Notes under the pieces: generated by a model
What the model was told of the DNA's origin: nothing
Database searches by the model: none
What the model saw: only the letters and a program-made list of their open reading frames with translations
Origin: the human T2T-CHM13v2.0 reference genome, Homo sapiens
Assembly (NCBI RefSeq): GCF_009914755.1
Contig: NC_060926.1
Strand: one strand, 5' to 3'
Length of the DNA stretch: 64,000 nucleotides
Position numbers and translations under genes: made by a program
Shown here: piece after piece, positions 1-18,180 of the stretch
Layout of the letters: each line of letters starts with the position of its first letter
Position numbering within the stretch: the first letter of the stretch is position 1

Positions 1-139
1 TTGCCATTTTTCTTCTTGGAATTCCTCCTTTTTAAGTCGATATTTGATAGTTTATAATTTAACCAAAAAGTATCCCAATTCACTGAGGATTTTCCAATTT
101 TTAACAAACCTTTTTTACGTATTAATCTCTTATACTTCT

Positions 140-470
140 TCTTTTTCTTTTCTGTTTTTTGTTTTTTGTTTATTTGTTTGTTTGTTTAGGACAGTGTCTG
201 GCTCTGTCGCCCAGGCTGGAGTGCAGTGGCACGATCTCGACTCACTGCAACCTCTGCCTCCTGGGTTCACGGCATTCTCGTGCCTCAGCCACTCAAGTTA
301 ACTGGGACTACAGGTGTGTGCCACCATGCCTGGCTAATTTTGATATTTTCAGCAGAGATGGGGTTTCGCCATGCTGCCCCGGCTGGTCTTGAACTCCTGA
401 GCTCAAGTGATCTGCCCACCTCGGCCTCCCAAAGTGGTGGTATTACAGGCGTGAGCCACCGCACCTGGCC
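140..470 (-). mobile_element. Alu SINE
   Basis: T-rich tail followed by antisense Alu body ending ...gagccaccgcacctggcc. Confidence 0.95.
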
Positions 471-479
471 TATATTAGC

Positions 480-1050
480 TTCTAATAATTATTGATGGAC
501 AAATTATGTGCCATTTGGAGAGATTTATTTTGTTCTTTTTAAAAAATATCTTGCTTTGGATACTTATTTTGTTTATTTTCATTTATTTTTGTTTAATAAA
601 ATAATTTATAACTATTAATTTTTCTCAGAATTCACTTTTGCCCCATTCCATTCATTTGTACATATAGTATTGCCGATCTTGTTCTCTTAATATTTTGTAA
701 TTGAATTTTTAAATTCTCCTGTGACTTCGAAATTATATAAATGATCTTTCATTTCTAGGAATTCCATTTTTTTAAATTTATCCTTTTTTTAAAACTAATT
801 TTTAGTTTTCAGTATTGTAGCCTGAGAATATTGACTTATGATTTATACTCTGGGGATTTGATGAGTCTCTTTTTGCCGCCTAACACAGACCCAGGGGCCT
901 TTGAAAAGCCGGCTGAGTCTCTGTAGAATAGAACCTTTATCAGACAGTCACTGCATCGGTTTATTAACATTATTTTTCATAATCACTTTATGCTACTGTT
1001 TATCTACCTAGCCTTGGGAGGTGTGTTTAAGTCTCCCACGTGTCTTGCGT
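480..1050 (-). mobile_element. Old L1 (L1M-type) fragment
   Basis: T-rich, with antisense L1-like motifs such as gtgtttaagtctcccac; heavily diverged. Confidence 0.5.
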
Positions 1051-1429
1051 TCCTGGCAGCTGCGGGCTGTCTGTACGCTGTGGCGCAGTGCCAACTGTCC
1101 TGGGTGGAGCATCCCCATCAGCCCCACTGATGGCCCTTCTCACCGGCCTGGGCCAGGTCTGCTGGGAAGCCCACACCCCTGCTCACCTTCTGTCTGCGTC
1201 TCCTGGGTACATCCCTCTCTCGCTGTCTTCCTTCAGGCTTTGTTTCACTTTGCCTTGGAGGTGGCCACTGTGACCAGAGTAAGTGGGATTTTTGCTCTTA
1301 CCCTCCCTGCCCCGGTGGTGTCTGCAGTCTGGTTGTTGAGACCAACAGTGGGTGAATAATCACATGAGTTCATGGACAGCCACAAAGTAACACCCATCTA
1401 TGAAGGAAAACCCCACTTTGCTGGGGAAG

Positions 1430-1600
1430 CCAAATATGATTGAAGCATCCAGAAAAGGCCTCTTTGAGGACGTGACATTTAAGCGAAGGGCGAGCATAGG
1501 GTGGCCTTGTGAAGATGAGGCTAAGAGCTTTCCAGTTAAAAGGAACAGCATGTGCAAAGGTCCTGAGGCAGAACACTGGCCACTGTGGCTAGAATGTGGC
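1430..1600 (-). mobile_element. L2 LINE 3' fragment
   Basis: ggaacagcatgtgcaaaggtcctgaggca is the reverse complement of the conserved L2 3' core (ctcagggcctttgcac). Confidence 0.75.
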
Positions 1601-2239
1601 CAGCAGGAGGGAGGGGACCCAGTTGAGTGACCCACACAGAAGCTTCTGAATCTGGGACAGGTGTAATGGTGAGCACTGAAGGCGTGAAGCAGGGGTGGGA
1701 AGGTGTGGACGGTGGGCTTGGGCAGCGGCCAGGGTGTGGGATGTGGCCTGGAGAGCCCGTGGTAGCTAAGCCCAGCATGCAGAGTGGAGGGCGGTGGAGG
1801 GGTTTGATGGCTGCCCCTGACTAAACTGGGGGAGGCAGAAGAAGGGGTAGATAGATGCCAAGCCCCCACATACTCACTCACTACAGAAAAGTGGAAGCTG
1901 GTATGTAAGTTGTAATAACCCATCCACCAGGACGAGTCACTTCTGCCCCATCCTGGGCACAGTGATGGGGCCTCAGGAGGGGAGGGCACCCTTGAGGGAA
2001 AGGGGAGCCATGATAACTCAGGGGATAGGCATGGCATGGGGGCCCTGAGTCACATGTGTTCACAGCCAGAAGTGAACAGCCCAGGCTTCAGGTGGAGGAG
2101 GGAGAATGGGGAACTCTCAGGTGCAGCCCAAGGCCAAGAGAGAAGGAGCACTTCGCGGGGGATGCCTCTCCTCCGGGGGCTGGTAAGGGCCCGGGGTCTT
2201 CAGTGAGTGAGGATGCCCCACTGCCACCCGGAGCAAGGC

Positions 2240-2460
2240 TGGAGTGAGGATGAGGTGGGGGCCTGGAGCAAGGGCGAGGTGGAAGAGGGAGGGGTAAGGA
2301 GGGATCGGGAGGAGGAGGAGGGGCTGGGAGGAGGAGGGAGGGATCAGGGGGTGGAGGAGGGGCTGGGAGGAGGAGGGAGAGGCCAGGAGGAGAGAGGGAT
2401 CAGGAGGAAGAGGAGGGGCCAGAAGGACAGGGAGATGGAGGAGGGAACAGGAGGACCAGG
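2240..2460 (+). repeat. GGA-rich purine low-complexity tract
   Basis: Repeated ggagga units; ggaggaggggctgggaggaggagggag occurs twice. Confidence 0.85.
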
Positions 2461-3035
2461 AGGACGCAGAGGTCTCCGCAGAGGGGGTGGGGGGAACACA
2501 GCGAGGAGGAAAGTGGGGTCCTGCCCCCAGGGCCCACCCCGCACCCCCACTCACCCTTCCACAGAGCCCCTTCCTGCCTCAGAGTTGGGTCCCGCGGGGC
2601 CCCCAGTTCCACGCAGGAGGCCACTGAGACTGGAGAGGCCCAACGCCCCGTCCCCGCTCCCTGTCTGCCCTGCACGCCTCCCCCATGAGCCGCTGTCACC
2701 AGAGGGTCCCAGCCCTGCCTGCACATCAGAGCCCTCTGGTGGGAAGACCCAGGCTGCCCCAGACACCAGGCACGGTGGCTGCAGATGCAGTGACGCCAAC
2801 ATCTAGTTTCCTGTGAGCCTTCCTGCTAAAATGAGCTGTTAAATATAATTATAAAAAGTATGTATGCTCAAGGTAGAAAACCCAAAAAAGTTGAGAGAAA
2901 AGTCCTTCGTGTTATTACCATTCTGGTGGGGATCACTCCTGTGACATTCTGCTGTGTCCCCCTCCCATGTGGACCATTTTACCCCAATCCAGGCTGTTTA
3001 TGGCACCTGGTCTAACCTGCTGCTGCTTTTCAAAA

Positions 3036-3177
3036 CTTTATTTATTTATTTAGCAGAGAGACTGGGTCTCACTAGGTTGCCCAGGCTGGTCTTGAACTCC
3101 TGGCCTCAAGCGATCCTCCTGCCTCAGCCTCCCAAAGTGCTAGGATCACAGGCATGAGAGCTGTTCTTCTGCCCAGC
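3036..3177 (-). mobile_element. Alu monomer (FLAM-like)
   Basis: (TTTA)n tail followed by a left-arm-only antisense Alu. Confidence 0.85.
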
Positions 3178-3189
3178 TTTAGAACATAA

Positions 3190-3530
3190 ATGTTTTTCCA
3201 CATCTTAAAATTTTCTTCCTAAATATAATTTTAACAGCTACATAATGGAGCCACTCATAAACAATTTCTGTGACCGCTGTCCTGTTGTTTGCTGTTTTTC
3301 ATAATTATAAATCTGCAGTGGACACCTTCTTACATCACTGTTATCTATATTTCACATTATTAATTTAGGATAATTCCCAGTAATGCAATTACGGGGTCAA
3401 GAGGCATCTGTGAGTTTGAGATTATTGATACATATTGCCAAATTGTGTTTCAGAAAAATTGTACCAGTTTATCTTCCCTGAGGATTGCTATGAGTGCCTG
3501 CCTCAGTATCCTACACCTTCACTAGCATTC
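3190..3530 (-). mobile_element. Old L1 3' fragment
   Basis: gatacatattgccaaattg...ttgtaccagtttat is typical of antisense L1M 3' regions. Confidence 0.6.
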
Positions 3531-3537
3531 AGCATTC

Positions 3538-4053
<516 letters not shown>

Positions 4054-4146
4054 TAGCATTCTCCTTTTTAAGAGGAGTGCCATCTGGATGTTTGGTCTTT
4101 CATTTCACATGCTTAGTAGTCATTTGTATTTCTAGAAGAAATATTG

Positions 4147-4639
<493 letters not shown>

Positions 4640-4789
4640 TTAAAAAGCGAATATAAAGCCAAAAGTGCTTTCCCCTCAGATTTTCTGACAATTTAGACAC
4701 ACATTGCCTGGTCACCTTTTGCTTAAGTATAAACTCAAAAAGGACAAGAAATGTATACGTCATGAGCCAGTCAAGTGAGGACCTGTATC

Positions 4790-4905
4790 TTTATCTTAAT
4801 AGGAGACTAAGACTTGAACAAGCGAATGAGGTCTCCAGGATCACTCTGGGTAAGAGGTGGAGCTGGGATTTGAACCCAGGTCTATGGGTGACAGGGCCCA
4901 GGCTC
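4790..4905 (-). mobile_element. MIR SINE fragment
   Basis: ggagctgggatttgaacccagg is the antisense MIR B-box region. Confidence 0.7.
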
Positions 4906-5744
4906 AGATATTTCATATTAGGGCCAGCCGGGGGTAGCTGGGGGACAACTGCAACCCAGGGTGTCCCCAGAGTAGATGACTCACCTGTGAGCATCAGTGA
5001 TCACACTTTCTTACCAGCAAGTAACCATGAACAGTGGTGTCGGGCCTTGACTTGGGACCCAGATATGCTGGAAACTCCCACCATAGGATTCAGGAACATT
5101 CCAAGCAAAGTTTGCTTCGAGCCCCAGAATAGAAGGTCCTAGCCAAAAAAGGATAATTACTCAGTGACACGAGAACTGAAACTTTAGGGAGTTAAAGCCA
5201 GGGTGTATTTTTCATGACTATTTTGGGTCCTTCAGTCCGTTCTGTGTTCTTTTGGGCAGAAGAATGTCTGTACTCTGAGGGGAATTCTTTTATCACATCC
5301 TCACTGACGGAGCTCACAACGTTTATTGAAAGTTTCAGCTGTCACTTCTGTATAAATAAACAGGATGAAGTGGGCAGCCGACTGCACATTAGAGATATTT
5401 TTAGACGTGGGTGGCACTGCAATCCAGAAGGCTGACATATCAAGGAGAGAGTGCCTGATCCCAGAATAGCCCACCCACACACGGCCCTATCTGCCTCAGC
5501 GTGGCCTCGGCGTGGGTTCTGTGGTGGCGTGGCTTCCTGCATCCGCTCCTTCCTGTTCTGTTTGGCCAGTGCAGAGATGGCAATAGCTCCTCCTAAAAAT
5601 GCCACAGCTCCGCTCCTCAGAGGACAGGGGTCAGTGTTCAGGATCATGTGTCACTGGATCTGCAGAACACCAAAAACTAAACTGCCTGCGGGTTTGGTGG
5701 GTCTGAGATATGGGAGAGGATCATCATTCAAAGCAGGCTTCATT

Positions 5745-6097
<353 letters not shown>

Positions 6098-6534
6098 TCA
6101 GCAACAATAACACGTCTAACATTTACCATGGACCGGCCACATAACGTGCACTCATTCGTTTTTCCCCCACGATGAGACTCAAACCGTCACGACTTCCTGT
6201 GGCTTTTTCCACTTCTGTTTTCTTCTTGAAACATGAGTCCTTGTTCACCTGGAGAGACCACACACCCCAATGCCTACAGGCACGGCACACTCTCTGCTGC
6301 CTCTCCCTCCTCATGCCTCATCTACTAGGCCTCTTGGATGGGCTAAGGGAGGCCCTGCACACTCAGGGCAGTGACCTAGAGGGCAGCCAGGAAGGAAAAA
6401 CAGTGACCGTACGATAGGGGCGGGGGTAGAGGGGTGCTGGGATGCCGGAGAGGCCCCTACTTTTTCTGTATAGCCTCTTAAAGCCCCCAGGGGTCTCCTC
6501 ACATTTAATTTATGGCCTCTGATCCATTTACTCA

Positions 6535-8100
<1,566 letters not shown>

Positions 8101-8418
8101 GCCTTGTGCCCAGGGTTGGGACTAGGGCACTGGAGGAGATTCCTCAGTGTGGTGCCCCACCCTCTGCTTTCAGCTTTCTCTTGCCTGCCTGTGCTGCAGC
8201 ATGGATCTTACCCCACTTTCTCTCGGCAGTAGACAGCTGCTGCTTGTTATTCTACCAAGGTTATGTTCAAGGCTTGGGGTGGGTTCTCTGTGTACTGGTC
8301 CAGCCTCAGTTTAGACAGGCCCTTCCCTGTGCCCTTCACCCCAGCATTCCTACCCCTCTTCCCTGTGGCAAACTCTGTCGGGGTCTTGGGTGTGACTGTC
8401 CTGTCCCTTCCCCAGTGA

Positions 8419-8773
<355 letters not shown>

Positions 8774-10162
8774 AAGGCCTCTGTTTTCTATGGTGCAGGA
8801 TCGTAGGCCAGGATGGTTTCCTGGTGCCCTTCCAAGGAAAAAGAGTTCCTTCCTATCCTTCCCCTAGCCATGGTGTGTCTTTGTCTGTGCCCTGGGGGTG
8901 ACAGGCTGTGCTGTTCCTCCCTCAGCAGCCTAAGGCATCTGCTTCCCAGGAGAGAAGAGTCTGGGATGGTGGAAAGGGCTTTGAGCCTGTTCCTACCCTG
9001 GCTGCAGCCCTGGTGGCACAACTTCCACAGCAAGCCTGGCATCACACTGGCATCATGGATACGGGGGTGAAGGGGACTCAGCACCTGCCCTAGAGGCACT
9101 CAGGCTGCCCCCATGGGGCAAGGGCTCATTCAAGGCTCTCTGGCTTACGGATGCCCACTGTGGCCTCAACCCCCAGTGAGTGCAACTTGGACCCAGACAA
9201 GGAAGTGTCCAAGCTGTGGCCAGATCTGGCCACCGAGGGCGAGGGACAGTGGTGAGGTGTGAGACCCGTGCAGTCACACCCTGGCCCTCTCACCTGGCAG
9301 CCCTCCAGCCTTCCCAAACCTCCATTTCCCTGTCTACAAAACAATGGGTAACAGCGGTCCCCGAGCATGAGCGAGCTCACACACAGGCCTTGCCGAGCCT
9401 GTGGCCTGTCATACAGGGGTACCCAGTGGACCTTCATGATTGCAGCAGTTATCATGGAATGGTGACAACAGTGAATGCCACCAAGACCCCTTCAGGCCAT
9501 CAGTCCCCAAGAACAGGCTCTGAGCCCCATGAAACGCCAGAGGGGCCTTTCTTCCTGAGTCTCAGGGCTGTTCTGTGAAGCAGGAGGTCACAGGGGGTTG
9601 GAGGGAATGCAGGGCTGGAGGCAGAAGGAGCCGGCGTGGTCTGGGCTCTACCCACGGCCAGTGATGTCTCAGAGCCTCAGTTTCCTCTGCTGGAAGAGGC
9701 ACTTGACACCCACGTCCTGGGTTGGAAGATGACACAGAAAAGCACCGATGGCTGGGTCCACTTGGGTTTTGTCCACTTCATTTCAAAGGGCATCCTGTGG
9801 CCTACAAACCCACATCTATGGAGAAAGTTGTTCAGAAACAGATGGCGTTTGCTCTCCCCAGAGAGCCCTGGGGAGCAGAGTCCTGAGAGCACCTAAGGGG
9901 CAGGGTGGGAATGAGCTCACCCGCTGTGGCTTCGAGGGTTAAAATTCCTGGAGCAGAGGGGACTCCGCGATGGCTTCTCTCCAAGCCAAGCCCAAGGAAC
10001 ACCCCAATGGCACACCCTCTGCCCGTGCCGCCCAGGCCCCTGGCTCGGCACGGCCACCTCCACTCCCTTCCTTCTAGCCTGGTGGCAGCCATACCTGTGG
10101 GTAAAGGCACCTGCAGCCGTGGCAGGATAGGGTCAGAGGCCCTGTGGTGAAGTCCATATGGG

Positions 10163-11821
<1,659 letters not shown>

Positions 11822-12148
11822 GCGGGGCCCAGGCTGCCCGCGGGTGCACCCAGGCTGCAGGGTGAGGCCAGGCAGGCCTGGGTAGGGGCAGCTTCTGGAG
11901 CCTTGGGACAGAGCAGGCCCACAATGCCCCCCTTCTTCCAGCCAAGAAGAGCTCACAGGAGTCCAGAGTAGCCGAGGCTCTGGTATTAACCTGGAAGCCC
12001 CCCTGGCTGGAGGCCACCGCCACCCTAGGAAGGGGGCAGGGACGTGACCTTGACTTACCTCTGGAAAGGGTCCCAGCCTAGACTGCTTACCCCATAGCCA
12101 CATTTGTGGATGAGTGGTTTGTGATTAAAAGGGATGTTCTTGAACTTG
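11822..12148 (+). other. RAMP1: RAMP1 3' UTR (3' end approximate)
   Basis: Runs from the stop codon to about 20 nt after ATTAAA. Confidence 0.8.
12124..12129 (+). terminator. RAMP1: Polyadenylation signal ATTAAA
   Basis: First canonical-class hexamer downstream of the stop codon (~300 nt). Confidence 0.8.
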
Positions 12149-13312
12149 GAAAGACTCATTATCTCTGGGTACCCATCACTGGGAGAAGGGTGGAAACCCA
12201 GGCCCTGCGGACTCTCTTTCCTCTAACAGGAGGAATCAGGGGCCTTTGCTCGGGGGTGGCATTGGAGCCAGTGCTGAGTGCACTGAGGTGCTCCTGGGGA
12301 TTCTGGGGCCCTTGCTGCCCCCCGGCGACACAGTCCAGACCAGGGCTGGACACACTGAGCTCACAGACCAGGAAGGGCTGGGACCCTCCCCACAGATACC
12401 TGGGGCCTTGGGTGCAGGCTCTCTTCTTGTCTGTCCCCGAGGCATCACCGGGCTTGGCCCTCTGCCCGTCACCTCCCTGCTCTCCATCCATGCTTCTGCC
12501 CACGCCCCTACCTGCAGCTTCCAGAAGCCTCTGGCTCCCCAAAGGAGCCCCTCCACGGTCCCTCCGGGGTGTCCCCTGAGTTCAGACCCCTCCTCTCGGG
12601 TCCCTGCAGCCCCCAGGACCTGTCCCTTCTCCAGTGACTGAGAAGAGTGTCCACTCCCCCATCACCTTCAGCTTGTCCTCTCCCTCTGCCCCACAGGACA
12701 GCCCCATCCAAACACGGCAGCCGGTGCCGTGGCCTTGTAGGTTCAGCTGTAGCCCACCACAGCCACGTGGGGCCACCCACCGCCCAGGCTGGGCTGAGCC
12801 CACCAGACCCCAGGCAGCCCATCACAGCAGCCTCCCCCAACAGAGCCCCTGAGCCTCCTCCTGGGTGTTGCGGTCCCCACCCCACGCCCACAAGGTGCAC
12901 CCATCACGGGCAGTCCCCACCTCCCCACCCAGCCAGTCCCAAGAGGCATCCCCAGCCTAAGAGACCAGAAGGAGCCCCGAGTGGCTTCTCGGCTTCTCCA
13001 GCGGAACCGTGGCTGTGGTGTGGGCCCGTTTTCCCAAGAGGAGCAGGCGTGGCTGCACCTTACACTGGGTCAGGAGAGGAGCCCAGGGTCTACTGACAGT
13101 GGGCGGTGGCCTCAGGGACTGATCCTAGTCTCTGTCTTGTTGGGAACCGCCGGGACTCCACTGTCCGTGACCCAGTCTCAGCCTTGGGCCCTCAGTGAGG
13201 GTCTGGTCAGTCTGCTACGCCAGGCCCCAGCTTCCTCCGCTTCTAGGATGTCACCACCTGTGAGTGGAGAAGCCGAGGGTGCTCTGGGGCCAGTGGCTTT
13301 GGGCCATAAGGA

Positions 13313-13475
13313 AATAATAAGAATGACAACAGCAGTAGCGTTTGCGTGAGCCGGGCACTGCGCTGTGAACTTGTGCTCATAAAACTCCCAGAGAAGCCCC
13401 TTGAGGGAGAGCCTGTCGTTGTGCCCATTTCACAGAGGAGGAAAAGAGAGTTCAAGTCACTTGCCCGAGTTACTT
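13313..13475 (-). mobile_element. MIR SINE
   Basis: cccatttcacagaggaggaaa...aagtcacttgccc is the antisense MIR core. Confidence 0.7.
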
Positions 13476-14490
13476 CAATAATGTGTCCAAGAAGATTCCT
13501 TGAGAGACTCCAATACACAGGACAGATGAAGGCGAAGAGGGGCCAGGATGCTGCCTCCCCCTTCTCTCCTCTGTTCCCCCCTCAGCTCCTCCCCGACCTG
13601 CCCCCTGGGCCACACTGGGGTCCAGGCCTCACCCCTGTGTTCACAAGCTGGCCTTTCCTGAGAGGCCCCAGTGAGGGCGAGGAGACGGGAGGTGGGAGCT
13701 TCTCACACGATTTCGACCTGCGATACCGACGGCATCTCTCAGACAACCTGCAGCCGGGCCAACCTGGGTTGGGGGGCTGTGCTGGGACCTAAGTCAGGGA
13801 CCACCGGAGGAGGTAGCCCTTGAGCCGCCCTGGAGCCCGGGCCATGGCTGGGTCGGCCGGCTAGGCAGGCGTGGGAGCTTGGGATGGAGTCCTCCTGCAG
13901 GGGACTGGGGAAAAGAGGGATTCACTGAAAATTACCACCAAAACAGCGCCCACGGGGATGGCCCACAGGTCCACTCCGGGAACATTATCAGTGAGGCCAG
14001 GCTGGGGCTGTCCTCTTACCAGTAAGCATTTGTCACCTTAGTTGACAATGCTTTTTAAGACACTGTCTAGTCCACACCACTCACTCCGCCATCTCCACTT
14101 CCAGAAATCTCACCCCTCCCTGGGATCCAGGGACCCCTGAGCCCTCAGCCAGCTCTTCCTCCATCTGCCTCCTTTCCTAAGGGCCCAGTTGTAACCCACC
14201 TGTACTCATGACACAAAGTGGTTATGAGAGCTGGAAGAAAATGGGACAATTGTCTCGGCTCATCCCCCACTTCTCCCCTAGAAAGCCAGGGAGTCCTGAG
14301 GACCCTAGTGGCTAGCCCACGGTCACACCACCAGTGGCAGAGCCCCAGGCCCTGGCTTCAGCAGCCCCGCGGCCCCCGGGCCCCCAGGTGGGGATGCAGA
14401 GCCCACTGCTGCACATGCAGAATCCTCCCAGAATCCGTTTTAGGGCTGTAGCATCTTCAAGGACAAGGCCCTGCCATGTGCTCTGCCAGC

Positions 14491-14491
14491 C

Positions 14492-14522
<31 letters not shown>

Positions 14523-14638
14523 CGTGTGTGCGTGTGTGTGCGCATGCATGTGGGTGCATGTGTGTGCATGCGTGCGTGCGCATGCGTGCGTGTGTGTGCA
14601 CGTATGTGTGTGCATGTGTGTGCGTGTGTGTGTGTACA
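14491..14638. repeat. Alternating purine-pyrimidine tract (TG/CG/CA mix)
   Basis: (TG)n then gcgcgcgcgcg then tgcatg/tgcg units; only one break in alternation (tgggt). Confidence 0.95.
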
Positions 14639-15167
14639 AACAGTAACCTTCAAGTGCAGCTATCCCTTCCAATGTTCTATTGCTTTATTCAGTGGTCACG
14701 ACGTGGGTTTTTCACTGGTTCCAGGCCTGCTGTTTGCTGCTGGTTGTGGTTGTGGAGGGGTGTGTTATACTTTGTGGACATGAATCTCCTGCCACACATC
14801 TTTCTAGGTGGCCACTCACAGCTGTGCTACCACTTGCCTCAGATTAATAAGATTTGTTTTGATTAAGGACAGTAACCTTTCCCAGGACACCGGGACCGTG
14901 GCTGCTTTTCACATCACAGCACCGACAGACCCTCATGACCACTGCCCCATTATAGGGAAGCAGACCAAGGGAAACTAGACACTGAAATTCAGAGGCTGGT
15001 TTTATGTAGGAGAAGGTGTTCCCAGAGCACTCTAATCAAAAAAGGTCTGATCCAAAAGATGTCACCCAATTTCATAAACTTCAGAGTGTTGGCTGTTCTG
15101 GAAGGATGGTATGCCTATTCTACAACTTGGAAAAGTATGTCTACTGTCATCAGAAATAAATGTGACA

Positions 15168-15507
<340 letters not shown>

Positions 15508-15937
15508 TTACTGTCCCGCCTCCACACACTCCCAACTCACAGGGACAATAATGGCATCTTCCTCAAGTGGGTATTATGTTAATGAGGTAAAATGGGTTAG
15601 TCTGAGTTTTCCGAGAAGTAGATGTGGAGACTGGGTTTCAGATGCAGGGTGGTTATTGGGGCAAACTCCAGAAGCATTAGGGAGCCAGTGGGGAAGACCC
15701 GGGGATCTGCCCTAGGCTGCCATGCCGTCTAAGGTTCCACAAAGCCATGGGGGTGTCCTTGCACCAAAGCCAGCTGTCAGAGCCTTCCTGGGGGAGGAGG
15801 TCTGCCTGAATCCCTTCCCACCCCAGCCTCAAGCAGCGGGGCAGCCCTCGTGAAGCGTGGCCTCGCAGGAAGCCACGAGGCATTTCAGAGCCAGCAGCTG
15901 GGGCCCTCGGTCGGCTCTGCTCCCTTGGTTGAACCAA

Positions 15938-16200
15938 AGAATGTGGCCTTATCTGGAAATAAGGACTTTGCAGGTGTAATTAGTTAAATTCAAATAAGAT
16001 TGTACTTGATTAAAGTGGGCCCTGCATTCAGTATGCAGGTGTCCTTAGAGAAGAGGGGATACACCAGGACAGAGAGAGAAGGCCACAGAGATTGGAGCCA
16101 TGCAGCGAAGAAACGGGGGGGCCGAGGTATCACTCCAGAAGCTGCGAGACACAGAGGCTCCCCGCAGAGCCTTCAGAGGACACAGCCTCTGCAGCCCCTC
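15938..16200 (+). mobile_element. MLT1 (MaLR) LTR fragment
   Basis: gaatgtggccttatctggaaataaggactttgcaggtgtaattagttaa is a typical MLT1 block. Confidence 0.75.
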
Positions 16201-16703
16201 CTGAAATCACGGCTCAGTAGGCGTTATCATTAGAATGCTTTAGACAGTACTAACAGTGCGCAATGTCATTACTTTAAAATTATCCAAGCTAAGGGAAGAG
16301 ACGAGGGTGATGGAGAATTTCTCAGTATTTAGACTGGACTTCAGAATGTGTGTTTGCGAAGGTTTAGGGGGAGCAAGAGAGCTTTCGGTTTTCCTTCTTC
16401 ATCGTCAGGTCACGATGGGCAGCGGGTGAGGTCTACGGGCAAGGCCAGCTGTGGCTGGGATGGGCAAAGCTCTGCCCTTACCAGGATGCCCTGTCCGCTC
16501 AGGTTCCTGGTCAAGTATTTGCACATCACAAGGCTGGGAACCAAGAACTGAACGCCGGCACGTAGGGTGGTAAAGGAGAGGTGGGCCGGGCATGGAAGCA
16601 CCGTCCCTTCTCCAGCCTTCTCTGATGGGCCCAGGACGGGAGGCAGTGTTGACACAGGGAGGGTCTGGGGTCTCTACTAAGCTGACTGGGAAACCAGTGG
16701 CAG

Positions 16704-16705
<2 letters not shown>

Positions 16706-16735
<30 letters not shown>
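16706..16735. repeat. (GT)15 microsatellite
   Basis: Read directly. Confidence 0.95.
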
Positions 16736-16738
<3 letters not shown>

Positions 16739-16782
16739 ATTTTTGGTTTTGGGGGGGTATTTTGTTCTTTTTTTTTAATTAA

Positions 16783-17078
16783 TTTTTTTTTTTTTTTGAG
16801 AAAGACTCTTACTCTGTCGCCCAGGCTGGAGTGCAGTGGCATGATCTCGACTCACTGCAACCTCCACCTACCAGGTTCAAGCAATCTCCTGCCTCAGCCT
16901 CCGGAGTAGCTGGAATTACAGGCATGTGCCACCACGCCCAGCTAATTTTTGTATTTTTAGTAGAGACGGAGTTTCGCCATGTTGGCCAGGCTGGTCTCAA
17001 ACTCTTGAGCTCAGGTGATCTGCCCGCCTTGGCCTCCCAAAGTGCTGGCATTACAGGTGTGAGCCACCGCACTCGGCC
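16783..17078 (-). mobile_element. AluS-like SINE
   Basis: Antisense dimer with polyT. Confidence 0.95.
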
Positions 17079-17579
17079 TCCAAAGCCAATTTTAATTAAA
17101 AGAAATGAGATTGAGTGGCTTTATTGTGTCCTGAGCTGGAGAAACACTCTCTTATCCAGAGCTTGTCATAAAAATCCATGTCATAAAATGTCACAGAAAT
17201 CCATAGGAAAAAAATGAATTGGAAATCAAAAAAGCTTTAAAAAGCAAGGGAAAAATATGGAATTTAGCATGGGAAATGGAATTGCCCAAGTACGTCACTT
17301 AATGTTTGTCTTAATGAGCTCCCAGAAATAAAATTGCTCTGGGGACAGGGTTTCTTGTAAACCAAGAAGCAGCTCTGGATTGGAAAAATCTTCAAAGAAA
17401 GGACATCCCTGTTGGATTTGCTACTAAGGAGGCCACAGACAGCCTGGGAGCGGAGGGGCAGAGGCAGCACCAGAATGCACAATGAGCCTGAGCCTGGGAA
17501 CAGGTCACTCCTGCCGGAGAGAAAGCCCTGAGGCCTCTGGAGATGCAATCTGCCTCTTGTTTGTCAGAAATGAAAACTA

Positions 17580-17868
17580 GGCTGGGCACGGTGGCTCACG
17601 CCTGTAATCCCAGCACTTTGGGAGGCTGGGAGTCAGGGCGGGGGGATCATTTGAGGTCAGGAGTTCCAGACCAGCCTGACCAACTTGGTGAAACCCCCAG
17701 TCTCTACTAAAAATCCAAAAAAATTAGCCAAGCATGGTGGCACGAGCCTGTAATCCTAACCACGCTGGAGGCTGAGGCAGGAGAATCACTTGAATCTGGG
17801 AGGCGAAGGTTGCTTTGAGCTGAGATCACACCACTGCACTCCAGCCTGGGAGACAGAGAGACTCCATC
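17580..17868 (+). mobile_element. AluS-like SINE
   Basis: Dimer whose tail is replaced by (AGAT)n. Confidence 0.93.
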
Positions 17869-17903
17869 AGATAGATAGATCGATAGATCAATAGATAGAT
17901 AGG

Positions 17904-17961
<58 letters not shown>
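17869..17961. repeat. (GATA)n tetranucleotide STR, ~23 units with interruptions
   Basis: Read directly. Confidence 0.95.
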
Positions 17962-17963
<2 letters not shown>

Positions 17964-17964
17964 G

Positions 17965-18180
17965 GTACCATCTTTCTGGAGGCCAAGTTGGAAATATGTA
18001 CCAAAAGTCTTAAAATGCTTATTCCCGGTAATTTCCCTTCTAAGAATATATCCTAAGGACATAATTAAAGATGTGCAAAAGGACAGGAGGGAAAGATCTT
18101 CACTGGAGTTATTTATAAGAGCAAAGGGTGGAAACACCCTCAGTGCCCAACACTGGAGGACTGTCAATCAGATTAAAACT
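17965..18180 (+). mobile_element. Old L1 (L1ME-like) 3' fragment
   Basis: taatttcccttctaagaatatatcctaagga...ggaaacaccctcagtgcccaaca. Confidence 0.65.

Noticed and set aside
1360-2806. 225-aa and 199-aa ORFs in the intron
   Set aside because: They derive from L2 sequence and the GGA low-complexity tract; no family similarity.
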